NCBI GenBank assembly: GCA_046260215.1
Contig: JBHEPQ010000238.1
Location: 1-38,615, forward strand
DNA length: 38,615 nucleotides
Direction: 5' to 3'
Source of the DNA: Chromatocurvus sp.
GTDB lineage: Bacteria; Pseudomonadota; Gammaproteobacteria; Pseudomonadales; Halieaceae
The notes below the pieces were generated by a model, which saw nothing but the letters and a program-made list of their open reading frames with translations, was not told the origin of the DNA and did not search any database. Position numbers and translations under genes: made by a program. This document shows, piece after piece, positions 25,406 to 34,091 of the stretch. Position 1 is the stretch's first letter; each line of letters opens with the position of its first letter.

Positions 25406-26482
25406 TTACCAGGCGGGCGCCATGCGCACGGTGTCCGGCAGTTCGTTTGACTGCGTCGGCAGCAGGTAAAGCCGCGCAAATACCGCCGCTCCGCGGATGG
25501 ACAGCCAACCGCGTTTCACACCGGCGAGTACGCCGCCCTGCTCCCGGGTGGCCTGTATCGCCACGTTGATATGCCGAAGTTTTTCCAGGCCGCGACGGAA
25601 AGCCGGATTATCGGTATCCAGTGTCAATGGAAAGGTCTGTCGGGTGATTTCAGTGGTAATGTCGAACACGCGATAATCAAATTCCGTGGGATCCATGCCA
25701 AGGGCCTGGTAGAGCTGTGGGCGCGTGTGATCGCGCACGTACATAGTGGAGTACACGGCGAGCAGGAAGAAGCGAATCCACAGCTTATTGACGCCTTTTA
25801 GCAGGTGAGGATGTGAGCGCATGATCAGTGCGAAGGCCTCACCGTGGCGGAATTCGTCGTTGCACCATTCCATAAACCATTTGAATATCGGGTGAAATCG
25901 ATATTCCGGGTGGCGTTCAAGGTGGCGGTAGATCGTGATATAGCGGGCGTAACCAATCTTCTCGGACAGATACACTGCATAGTAGATGTACTTGGGTTTG
26001 AAGAACGTATAGTTCTTAGCCCGCTTCAGAAAGCCGAGGTCCACAGCGAAGCCAAGATGCTTCAGCGCACGGTTGATGAAGCCGGCGTGGCGCGACTCGT
26101 CACGGGCCATGTACCCCATGAGGTCAGCGATGTCCTTGTTGTCGACGTTTTTCTGGATTTCCTGGTAAAGAATGCAGCCCGAGTACTCGGAGGTGACGGA
26201 ACTCACCAGAAAATCGATGAACTCATCATGCAGGTATTCGGGAATATTCACACCTTCAGCGTCAAAGTCGACATCTCGACGGAAGTGCTCCTTATTCTCG
26301 TCGCGCTCGAATTCTGCCATCATCTGATCCCATTCCCGGCGCACCGGTGAGATGTCCAGCTTGTCGAGCTGGGCGTAATTTGTGCGGTAAAAACGCGGTG
26401 TTAGAAGCGTATCCTTCGACTTTGTCTGCTCTTCGGTACGGGATTGGGTGCTTGCACTGGTGGCGGCTGTAGCATCTGTCAT
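25406..26482 (-). CDS. acsF: Aerobic Mg-protoporphyrin IX monomethyl ester cyclase
   Basis: [49 protein letters not shown] and [10 protein letters not shown] di-iron motifs. Confidence 0.98.
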   Translation of the reverse strand: MTDATAATSASTQSRTEEQTKSKDTLLTPRFYRTNYAQLDKLDISPVRREWDQMMAEFERDENKEHFRRDVDFDAEGVNIPEYLHDEFIDFLVSSVTSEYSGCILYQEIQKNVDNKDIADLMGYMARDESRHAGFINRALKHLGFAVDLGFLKRAKNYTFFKPKYIYYAVYLSEKIGYARYITIYRHLERHPEYRFHPIFKWFMEWCNDEFRHGEAFALIMRSHPHLLKGVNKLWIRFFLLAVYSTMYVRDHTRPQLYQALGMDPTEFDYRVFDITTEITRQTFPLTLDTDNPAFRRGLEKLRHINVAIQATREQGGVLAGVKRGWLSIRGAAVFARLYLLPTQSNELPDTVRMAPAW

Positions 26483-26530
26483 GATCGGTTGACCTCTCTT
26501 TCATGTCCCACCGCCGTGGTGGGCTGCTGT

Positions 26531-26577
26531 CATGTGTAAAGTAAACTAGACATTACACATGTCAAGTATAGGTAACT
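26531..26577. promoter_or_regulatory. PpsR sites and acsF promoter in the divergent acsF/BLUF region
   Basis: TGTAAAGTAAACTAGACA (26535-26552, exact) and TGTCAAGTATAGGTAACT (26560-26577, 1 mismatch). Minus strand TTGACA (26565-26560) - 16 bp - TACTTT. Confidence 0.75.
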
Positions 26578-26661
26578 ATACTGGGAAGCTCAAGTTGAAA
26601 ACCCGACGGCTGGTTTCACCGCGCAGGATCATACTCCTGTGCTCAGGAGGAGGCAGGGGCA

Positions 26662-27138
26662 ATGACAGTCAAGGAATCCACATCCGCGTCAGGACGCGAG
26701 GGCGCTAACGGGCAGGAGGGGCTGGTGCAACTGGCTTACGTCAGCACACTGTGTGAGCCGATGACTTCCGATGACGTTGTCGATCTCCTGCGTAAGGCGC
26801 GGGCATACAATCAGAGCCGGGACGTCACGGGTCTTCTGCTGATGCGCGACGATTCGTTTCTTCAGGTGCTCGAAGGCGACACGGAGGATGTGCAAACGGT
26901 TTTCGAGCGGGTAATTGCGGACCCGCGCCACCACCGGATCGAGGTCCTGTTCAGGGAGCCATTGGAGGAACGCGAATTCGGTGATTGGCAAATGGGGTTT
27001 GCGGGCCTCGATGGGGTCGATCTGAGTAGACTTGAGGGCGTCTCCGATTTTCTCAGCCGGGATGCCGATCCCCGGGAGATTTTTGCACAGCTCACGCGTA
27101 GCAAGCGACTCATGCTGCTATTCCGGCAGATGTGCTAG
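26662..27138 (+). CDS. Short BLUF-domain blue-light photoreceptor
   Basis: LAYVS (Tyr), ARAYNQSRDVTGLLL (Asn), FLQVLEG (Gln), DPRH, REFGDWQMGF (Trp/Met); only a short C-terminal cap and no effector domain; AGGAGGAGG RBS. Confidence 0.95.
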   Translation: MTVKESTSASGREGANGQEGLVQLAYVSTLCEPMTSDDVVDLLRKARAYNQSRDVTGLLLMRDDSFLQVLEGDTEDVQTVFERVIADPRHHRIEVLFREPLEEREFGDWQMGFAGLDGVDLSRLEGVSDFLSRDADPREIFAQLTRSKRLMLLFRQMC

Positions 27139-28184
27139 CGCTGACTGGTCGCTGTTTGCAGCGGTGTTGGCTGCGGCTTCTGCCGGCATTGCTCAAGCAG
27201 TCCCTGCACCTGTTCCACATGCTTTCTCGGGGCTGAACGGCTGGCGGCGAGGGCCGCGTCGCGCTGTGTTCGCCATTCCCGGTAGGCGACGGGCAGCACC
27301 GTCTCCAGCTGTGCCTCGAGGCTGTGTACCGGCGGCAGCAGGTCGTGCCCGCGCGACCCGAGGGAGGCTGCCCGGGGTTGTACGCCGCGTATAAAAAACT
27401 TTTCGACCACGTTCTTGAAGATGTCGACTTCAGGGGGGACCAGGGACCCCTTACACAGCCCGCCGCGCTCCTCGACTGAGCGAAGCATGGCGCTGGCCGC
27501 TTCGAGGCCCGCCTCCTGCAGGCTCAGCGCCGCGAGCAGCGAGCCAGCATCACCCTTGGCGACTTCGCTGAGCAGAATCTCGAAATCGCGGTTGTCGGCG
27601 CGATAGTCCCCGGCAAGCCAGCGCTTGACGTGGGCATTGATAGCAGCGAGTGCAGATACCGGCGCACTGCTTGTTTTTGTCGGGTAATCCTTGAGTTCAT
27701 AGGGGGGCTTCCACAGGGCGCGGAACTCTTCCGTGGCCAGCGTTGCATTGTAGATTCTCTCAGGTAAAACGCGTCGCTTGTTATCCAACGCCGCGGCCAG
27801 CTCTGCCGCGAGTGCTTCCCTGCCTTCGTCCTCGAGATATTGAATGCAGGCAGGTGCCAGGCGCAGAAACTCGAGCTCGAGCAGCAGCGTCTGGGAGGGG
27901 GCCGCGAGCCGGCCGAGGCTGCTGTTGCGTTTGCCGATGGTAACCTGCAGCTCGCAGCCGCGCAGCGCAAGAAAATCGAGTGCGCCCAGTCGTTCCCGCG
28001 CGATCGGTATGTGTAGCTGCGCGGGGCGCGGCGGGCGCGGCGTGGGGGCGGGTTCCCACGTGGGGGCCGGTGTGCCCAACGGCCTCTCGAGGCGGTTCAG
28101 GTAGGTATCAAAAACCGCTTCGGACCCGGGATCGGCGCAGCCGGACAGCAGCAGGATCAGCGCGGCTGACAGCCGTGCAAGCAC
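27135..28184 (-). CDS. Putative lipoprotein, DUF3080-like
   Basis: GTG 28184 overlaps the GST TAG; signal peptide with LLLSGC lipobox; YLNRLER and CELQVTIGKRNSSLGRLA resemble the DUF3080 family (recalled, not searched). Confidence 0.65.
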   Translation of the reverse strand: MLARLSAALILLLSGCADPGSEAVFDTYLNRLERPLGTPAPTWEPAPTPRPPRPAQLHIPIARERLGALDFLALRGCELQVTIGKRNSSLGRLAAPSQTLLLELEFLRLAPACIQYLEDEGREALAAELAAALDNKRRVLPERIYNATLATEEFRALWKPPYELKDYPTKTSSAPVSALAAINAHVKRWLAGDYRADNRDFEILLSEVAKGDAGSLLAALSLQEAGLEAASAMLRSVEERGGLCKGSLVPPEVDIFKNVVEKFFIRGVQPRAASLGSRGHDLLPPVHSLEAQLETVLPVAYREWRTQRDAALAASRSAPRKHVEQVQGLLEQCRQKPQPTPLQTATSQR

Positions 28185-28810
28185 TACCCGGCGTCGGTGA
28201 TCTTTCGAACGCGGTCGCGCCAGGCCAGAAGGGCACCGCAGCTGTCGGGGATGCTTTCCTTTACCCAGCCGGCAAACTCCGAGCACACAAGCAGGTCGAT
28301 ATCGGCGAGAGTCAGCGCATCGCCGACCAGAAAATCACGTTCGCTGAATACGTCATCGTAGGTTTGCCAGCCGCGCCGCAGTCGCTCGCGACCGCGGTCG
28401 ACGAGTGCCGGGATCTGCGGCACCCTGGTCGGCCCCGGCAGCGCGCGATCCGCGAAATTGGCGTTGCCGTTGCGCAGAATCTCGGCCACTGCACTGAAGG
28501 CGTTCATGTAGATCTGGTGATCCCATCCCAGAACCTGCGCGCGCAGCAGTGGTGTCGTCCCGAGCAGGGGTTTCTGCGGATACAGTGATTCCAGGTAGTC
28601 GCAGATCGCGATGACCTCGGTCATCAACGTTCCGTCGTCAAGTACGAGTGCCGGAACCGTGCCCGAGGGGTTGACCCGCTGGTAGGCTTCGTCGAGCTGT
28701 TCCAGGTGCATGAGATCGACCTGCGTGGTGTCGATGTCGATGTCTTTCCAGGCAAGGAACAGGCCGAGACGCCGGGGATTCGGAGCAGGGTCGTAAGTGT
28801 ACAGATGCAT
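28184..28810 (-). CDS. Glutathione S-transferase family protein
   Basis: MHLYTYDPAPNPRR, NPSGTVPALVLDDG, EVIAICDYLE and FLVGDALTLADI GST motifs. Confidence 0.92.
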   Translation of the reverse strand: MHLYTYDPAPNPRRLGLFLAWKDIDIDTTQVDLMHLEQLDEAYQRVNPSGTVPALVLDDGTLMTEVIAICDYLESLYPQKPLLGTTPLLRAQVLGWDHQIYMNAFSAVAEILRNGNANFADRALPGPTRVPQIPALVDRGRERLRRGWQTYDDVFSERDFLVGDALTLADIDLLVCSEFAGWVKESIPDSCGALLAWRDRVRKITDAG

Positions 28811-28933
28811 ATCGATATCCGGGTAAAAAAATCCAACATAACTTTAGCAGACGCTCAGCGCGTTTGCCCGCATTCAGTTTTCCGGTCAATGGAGACTGGC
28901 TATAATATGAGCTCATAGACAGGAGACGAAATT

Positions 28934-29431
28934 GTGATCAAGCAAGTATCAGCAATAGTATTACTCGTGAGTTTTGCATTGTCGGCGCTGGCCATTGAGC
29001 TTACCGAAGAGCAGCGTGCCGCCATCGAGGCCCGCCTGACGCCTCATGGTGATCTGTGCGTCAGCGGTGATTCTGCGTGCGTCGGTGCGGCCGGCTCAGG
29101 TGCGGCCGGCTCAGGTGCGGCCGGCTCAGGTGAGGCCGGCTCAGGTGAGGCCGGCTCAGATGCGGCCGGCGAAATCGCCGATATATCAGGCGAGGCGGTT
29201 TATAATGAGGCGTGCATGGCCTGCCACAACTCCGGTGCCGGTGGCGCGCCGATGGTGGGGCAGGTTGATCAATGGAGCGAGCGCCTGGCAAAAGGGCGTG
29301 AAGAGTTGCATCAGAGCGGTATTAAGGGCATTGAAGGCACCAGCATGATGGCAAAAGGTGGCCGTGCAGACCTTTCCGATGAGCAGGTCATAGCGGCCGT
29401 CGATTACATGATCGACAACAGCAGCGAGTGA
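28934..29431 (+). CDS. Cytochrome c5-family periplasmic cytochrome
   Basis: Signal peptide, IEARLTPHGDLCV segment, CMACH heme motif, GAP..G...W..R..KG, MMAKGG (axial Met), LSDEQVIAAVDYM; AGGAGA RBS. Confidence 0.9.
   Translation: MIKQVSAIVLLVSFALSALAIELTEEQRAAIEARLTPHGDLCVSGDSACVGAAGSGAAGSGAAGSGEAGSGEAGSDAAGEIADISGEAVYNEACMACHNSGAGGAPMVGQVDQWSERLAKGREELHQSGIKGIEGTSMMAKGGRADLSDEQVIAAVDYMIDNSSE
29084..29170. repeat. 15-bp coding tandem repeat (GGTG[C/A]GGCCGGCTCA x ~5.8) in the cytochrome c5 linker
   Basis: Three GGTGCGGCCGGCTCA copies, two GGTGAGGCCGGCTCA copies, then partial GATGCGGCCGGC; encodes (GAAGS)3(GEAGS)2DAAG. Confidence 0.97.
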
Positions 29432-29434
29432 GAC

Positions 29435-29470
29435 GACGGCGCAGAGGGTATCTCCCGCCCCTGCGCCGTC
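29435..29470. terminator. Hairpin between convergent cytochrome c5 and rep
   Basis: GACGGCGCAG...CTGCGCCGTC perfect 10-bp stem; no clear U-tract. Confidence 0.55.
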
Positions 29471-29478
29471 ATGGTCTA

Positions 29479-31554
29479 TCAGTCCAGCAGCGTCCGCAGA
29501 CTCGACAGCGTTTCAGCTCCACGCTCATTATTTTTTTCGGCATCGTTCTCGGTTCCGCCGAACCAGATGATGTCCTCGCGAGGTAACTCCCCGAGAAAGC
29601 GGCTGGGTTTGCAATCCAATCGCTCCCCGAACTGCCGCCGTTTGCGCGCCCAGGTCATACTCAGTGTTTCCTGCGCCCGCGTCAGACCGACATAGGCGAG
29701 CCTGCGCTCCTCTTCGATATTCCCACTATCGATGCTGTTGCGATGAGGCAGCAGGTTTTCTTCCATACCGACGATGTGTACATGCGGGAATTCCAGCCCC
29801 TTCGCGGCGTGCAGCGTGAGTAGCTGTACACAACTTTCGCTATTCTTTTCCTCTTCCTGCTGCTCCAGGAGATCGCGTAGTACGAGCTGGGCGATCGCAT
29901 CGGCAAGGTTGCATTGTTCTCGTTGTATCAGGCGGGAAAGACTGTCGAGAAGGAAGCGGACGTTGCCCATGCGACGCTGCGCGACCTCTTCGCTGGAGCT
30001 GTTCTTATGCAGCCAGTCCTCGTAGCGGATATCCCGCAGGAGCTGGTGCACACTGTCTATGCTCCCGCTGTCGTTCTGGCGTCTCGCCTGCTCCAGGTAT
30101 CCGAGTAGCGCCTGCAGCTGGCGCAGGCTCGCCGGGTTGATCAGGTCGTCACTGATGTCGCGGCAGGCCTGCGTCAGGCTGCAATGTCGCTGTGAGGCCA
30201 GACGGCCGAGAGCCTGGAGGGTAGCGGTGCCAAGGCCGCGACGTGGAACATTGGCAATGCGCAGGAAGGCATTGTCATCGTCGCGGTTGATCAGCACGCG
30301 CAGGTAGGCCATGACATCCTTGATTTCGTTGCGCGCGAAAAACGACGTGCCGCCACTGATCTGATAAGGCACCTGCCTCTGCTGCAGAGCGAGCTCGATC
30401 AGCTTTGACTGGTGGTTGCCCCGATACAGAATGGCGTAAGCGCCGAGGCGGGTCCCGCGCCGCAGCTGGTGACCGAGAATTCCGGCCACGACCTGGCTCG
30501 CCTCGGCATCCTCATCGGCGCATTCGATAACCTGCAGCTGCTCGCCGGGGCCCAGTCCACTCCAGAGTGCCTTTTCGAAGAGGTGGCCGTTATTGGCGAT
30601 CAACTGGTTCGCCGCCTGCAGGATGCGGCCGGTCGAGCGATAGTTCTGTTCCAGCTTTATGACCCTGAGGGCCGGGAAATCCGTTTGTAGCTGCGCCAGG
30701 TTTTCCGGTCGCGCGCCGCGCCAGGCGTAGATTGACTGGTCGTCATCGCCGACAACGGTAAGCGCCGCACGCAGGCCGGTCAGCTGTCGAACGAGTCGGT
30801 ACTGTGCCTCGTTGGTGTCCTGATACTCGTCCACCAGCAAGTAGTGAATGCGTTCCTGCCAGCGCTGCCGTGGGTCCCGGCAGTTTTCCAGCAGGCGCGC
30901 GGGCAGCATGAGCAGGTCGTCGAAATCCACGGCATTGAAGGCCCGAAGTGCCTCTGCGTAGCGCTCGTAGGTTCTCGCCGCGAGGATCTCGGCAGAACCG
31001 GATGCCTCGTGCAGCGCGTCCTTGCTGTCAGTGCAGGTGCTCTTCCAGGCGGAAATGCGCTGCGCGACCGCGCCTGCCTGGTCTGCGGCAACCCTGCTTT
31101 GCTGTCGCAGAAGTTCCTGCAGCAGGGTGAGCGTGTCCTGATTGTCGAAAATCGAGAATCCACGCCGCAGTGAAAGCTGTGTCTGCTCGTGACGGATGAT
31201 ATTCAGGCCGAGTTGGTGGAACGTGCTGATGGTGAGTTTTTCCGCGGCTTCCCTTGATAGCAGGTTGCCGATTCGCTGGCGCATTTCCCGAGCGGCCTTG
31301 TTGGTAAAGGTGACCGCTGCTATCCGCTCAGGGCGCTGACCGCATTGTCTGACCAGATAGACAATCTTTTCGGTAATGACGCTGGTCTTGCCGCTGCCCG
31401 CGCCCGCCAGCACGAGTAGCGGTCCATCGATATAGCGCACCGCCTCGCGCTGCTGCGGGTTGAGTCCTGGCATGCCGCGGGCTGAGCCTGTGTCGGGGAA
31501 CGAAGACCGGACATCGTCGCATGAACTCTCGCGGTGGGGAACCGCCTCGCTCAT
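29479..31554 (-). CDS. rep: ATP-dependent DNA helicase Rep
   Basis: LVLAGAGSGKTSVIT, VTFTNKAAREM, LVDEYQDTN, VGDDDQSIYAWRGA, LEQNYRS, TLHAAKGLEFP, EERRLAYVG; lacks the UvrD C-terminal extension. Start 31554 (ATGA-coupled) or 31473. Confidence 0.92.
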   Translation of the reverse strand: MSEAVPHRESSCDDVRSSFPDTGSARGMPGLNPQQREAVRYIDGPLLVLAGAGSGKTSVITEKIVYLVRQCGQRPERIAAVTFTNKAAREMRQRIGNLLSREAAEKLTISTFHQLGLNIIRHEQTQLSLRRGFSIFDNQDTLTLLQELLRQQSRVAADQAGAVAQRISAWKSTCTDSKDALHEASGSAEILAARTYERYAEALRAFNAVDFDDLLMLPARLLENCRDPRQRWQERIHYLLVDEYQDTNEAQYRLVRQLTGLRAALTVVGDDDQSIYAWRGARPENLAQLQTDFPALRVIKLEQNYRSTGRILQAANQLIANNGHLFEKALWSGLGPGEQLQVIECADEDAEASQVVAGILGHQLRRGTRLGAYAILYRGNHQSKLIELALQQRQVPYQISGGTSFFARNEIKDVMAYLRVLINRDDDNAFLRIANVPRRGLGTATLQALGRLASQRHCSLTQACRDISDDLINPASLRQLQALLGYLEQARRQNDSGSIDSVHQLLRDIRYEDWLHKNSSSEEVAQRRMGNVRFLLDSLSRLIQREQCNLADAIAQLVLRDLLEQQEEEKNSESCVQLLTLHAAKGLEFPHVHIVGMEENLLPHRNSIDSGNIEEERRLAYVGLTRAQETLSMTWARKRRQFGERLDCKPSRFLGELPREDIIWFGGTENDAEKNNERGAETLSSLRTLLD

Positions 31555-33035
31555 ACCTTCAGGCGATAACTGATGGCCTCGTCGATATGTTTCGGCGTGA
31601 CGATGTCATTCTCTGCGAGGTCGGCAATGGTGCGTGCCACGCGGATGAGTCGGTGGGCCGCTCTTGCCGATAGGTTGAGCGTCGTAAGCGCAGTTTCCAG
31701 TCGCCGGATCGCTGTCTGTTGCAGGTGACACACAACGCGCCACTCGGCGCTGCCGAGGTCGGCATTGCACTTCTGCTGACGTGCCATCTGCCGATGGCGT
31801 GCCAGCAGAACGCGCTCGCGTACGACCGACGAGGGCTCGGCGGTGTTGTCTGCAAGTAGCAATGTCCTGGCGTCTGTACGGGGCACCTCGACATGCAGGT
31901 CGATGCGGTCCAGCAGTGGGCCCGACAGCCGCTGTCGGTAGCGCAGGGCCCTCTCGGGCGTACACTGGCAGCTGTGATCGGGGTCGCCATCGTAGCCACA
32001 GGGGCAGGGGTTCATGGCAGCCACCAGTTGGAAGCGCGCGGGAAAGGTGACTTTGCGTCGTGCGCGGGAAAGCGTGATGCGGCCCGATTCCAGCGGCTCG
32101 CGCAGCATGTCCAGCGTCCGGCGCGGGAATTCCGGCAATTCGTCCAGAAACAGCACGCCGCCGTGCGCCAGCGATATCTCTCCGGGCGCCGGCAAGCTGC
32201 CGCCGCCAACCAGCGCGGCGGGGCTCGCACTGTGGTGTGGAGCGCGGAACGGGGGTTCACGGTTATCCGCGTTTTCGGGCGACAGGCTCCTGATGGCCAG
32301 CGCCGTCAATCGCTGGGCGGGAGCCATGGGCGGCAGGAGCCCCGGCAGGCGGCTTGCCAGCATGGTCTTGCCTGTGCCCGGTGGGCCACGCATCAGCAGG
32401 TGGTGTCCCCCGGCGGCCGCGATTTCGAGGCTGCGCCGCGCGGTGCCCTGACCCACAACGTCAGCGAGATCCGGCCCCCGTGCGCAGGACTCGCCGTCGT
32501 CAGGGACGACCGGAAGCAGCGTCTGTTTGCCGCGCAATCCGGCGCACAATGACAGCAGATCCTCGGCGGCCACGACACGGCTATTTGGCACCCTTGCTGC
32601 GCCAGCGGCGCAGGCGGCGGGTACTATCAATGTGCGACCGGCCTGCGTGCTGGCAATGGCGACCGGCACCGCGCCGCGCACAGCTCTTACGCTGCCATCG
32701 AGAGCGAGTTCACCGATGAACTCAAGGGCGCGCAGGCCATTGATTGGCAGCTGTGCCGACGCGGCAAGAATGCCCAGTGCGATGGGCAGATCAAAGCGTC
32801 CACCCCCCTTGGGCAGGTCCGCTGGCGCCAGGTTGACCGTGATGCGACGGTCGGGAAATGAGAAGCAGGAATTGAGGAGGGCGCTGCGCACACGATCGCG
32901 ACTTTCCCGCACCGCCGTTTCTGGCATGCCGACGATATGAAATGCAGGCAGCCCACTGGACAGGTGCGTTTCCACCCTTACCAATGGGGCATTCAGTCCG
33001 TCGCTACCGCGGCTGTATATCATTGCGTATTGCAT
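31551..33035 (-). CDS. comM: YifB/ComM Mg-chelatase-like AAA+ ATPase
   Basis: VRESRDRVRSAL, NLAPADLPKGGGRFDLPIALG, GPPGTGKTMLA, GEISLAHGGVLFLDELPEF, AAMNPCPCG. Confidence 0.92.
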   Translation of the reverse strand: MQYAMIYSRGSDGLNAPLVRVETHLSSGLPAFHIVGMPETAVRESRDRVRSALLNSCFSFPDRRITVNLAPADLPKGGGRFDLPIALGILAASAQLPINGLRALEFIGELALDGSVRAVRGAVPVAIASTQAGRTLIVPAACAAGAARVPNSRVVAAEDLLSLCAGLRGKQTLLPVVPDDGESCARGPDLADVVGQGTARRSLEIAAAGGHHLLMRGPPGTGKTMLASRLPGLLPPMAPAQRLTALAIRSLSPENADNREPPFRAPHHSASPAALVGGGSLPAPGEISLAHGGVLFLDELPEFPRRTLDMLREPLESGRITLSRARRKVTFPARFQLVAAMNPCPCGYDGDPDHSCQCTPERALRYRQRLSGPLLDRIDLHVEVPRTDARTLLLADNTAEPSSVVRERVLLARHRQMARQQKCNADLGSAEWRVVCHLQQTAIRRLETALTTLNLSARAAHRLIRVARTIADLAENDIVTPKHIDEAISYRLKV

Positions 33036-33095
33036 GCTCGTCCTTGAGCGTCGCGCTACGGGAACTCATTTCCCCAGTCGAGTACCGGAATTTTG

Positions 33096-33362
33096 CTAAC
33101 GCGTCTTCCGGGATTCAATGTCATCCAGAGTCGCCGTCAGCGCATTGAGCTCGGATTCCAGGGCTCGAACGCGTTCCTGAGTCCTCGCGAGGAGGTCAGC
33201 CTGGGCATCAAACTCATCCCGCGCGACAACATCGAGGCGCTGCAGTGCAGACTGCACCAGCAGCCTGGCGTTGCGGTCGAGCTCGCCACGCAGCCCCTCC
33301 CCGCCGACCAGTTGATCAACCTGCTGCATAACGTCGCTGAAAGGGGGCGGTCTCAATGCCAT
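33096..33362 (-). CDS. ubiK: Ubiquinone biosynthesis accessory factor UbiK (BMFP family)
   Basis: LVQSALQRLDVVARDEFDAQADLLARTQERVRALE signature; conserved glnK/ubiK/comM neighbourhood; start reassigned to ATG 33362. Confidence 0.85.
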   Translation of the reverse strand: MALRPPPFSDVMQQVDQLVGGEGLRGELDRNARLLVQSALQRLDVVARDEFDAQADLLARTQERVRALESELNALTATLDDIESRKTR

Positions 33363-33433
33363 GGTGAATGTCCCGTGTTCTGCCTGGACCACAGTGTAGT
33401 GGATAGGCCTGGCTGTCGCACAGGTCGACGATG

Positions 33434-33468
33434 CGCGCAATAGTGGTGCGCCGCACCCCATTAGTGCA
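33434..33468. promoter_or_regulatory. Two NtrC-like enhancer sites
   Basis: CGCGCAATAGTGGTGCG (33434-33450) and CGCACCCCATTAGTGCA (33452-33468) resemble the 17-bp TGCACCA-N3-TGGTGCA consensus, about 100 bp upstream of a sigma54 promoter. Confidence 0.7.
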
Positions 33469-33522
33469 CCAGGTCCGCGAGATCACTGCCTGTCAGGCCA
33501 TAAAAATATAGCAAAAACCACT

Positions 33523-33535
33523 TAATTCATTGATT
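33523..33535 (-). promoter_or_regulatory. IHF binding site
   Basis: Minus strand AATCAATGAATTA matches WATCAANNNNTTR, in an AT-rich tract between the NtrC sites and the sigma54 promoter. Confidence 0.7.
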
Positions 33536-33555
33536 TATCGTTAATAAAAAAATTA

Positions 33556-33571
33556 TGGCACAGGCTCTGCA
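33556..33571 (+). promoter_or_regulatory. sigma54 (-24/-12) promoter of glnK-amtB
   Basis: TGGCACAGGCTCTGCA: GG-N10-GC with the TGGCAC and TGCA boxes. Confidence 0.85.
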
Positions 33572-33673
33572 GCTGGCAGCGTGGAGTCGCAGACCATCCG
33601 CCTTGAGAAAGAAGGTGAGCGTGGCTGATGCGCGGAACAGGGTGGCTCAGGGGTAAAAAGTGTCGGCGGATGA

Positions 33674-34042
<369 letters not shown>

Positions 34043-34091
34043 CAGCGGGCCGGTAGACGGAAATTCTGACTTTGACGCGAGAGTGATTCCC

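Noticed and set aside
28185-28286. Apparent N-terminal extension of the DUF3080-like lipoprotein
   Set aside because: It overlaps the GST gene; the signal peptide and lipobox fit a GTG start at 28184 coupled to the GST stop.
31551-33035. Mg-chelatase-like ATPase as a possible bchI/bchD
   Set aside because: Domain layout (Lon-like N-terminus, NLAPADLPK, MNPCPCG) and the ubiK/rep neighbourhood identify YifB/ComM, unrelated to BChl synthesis.
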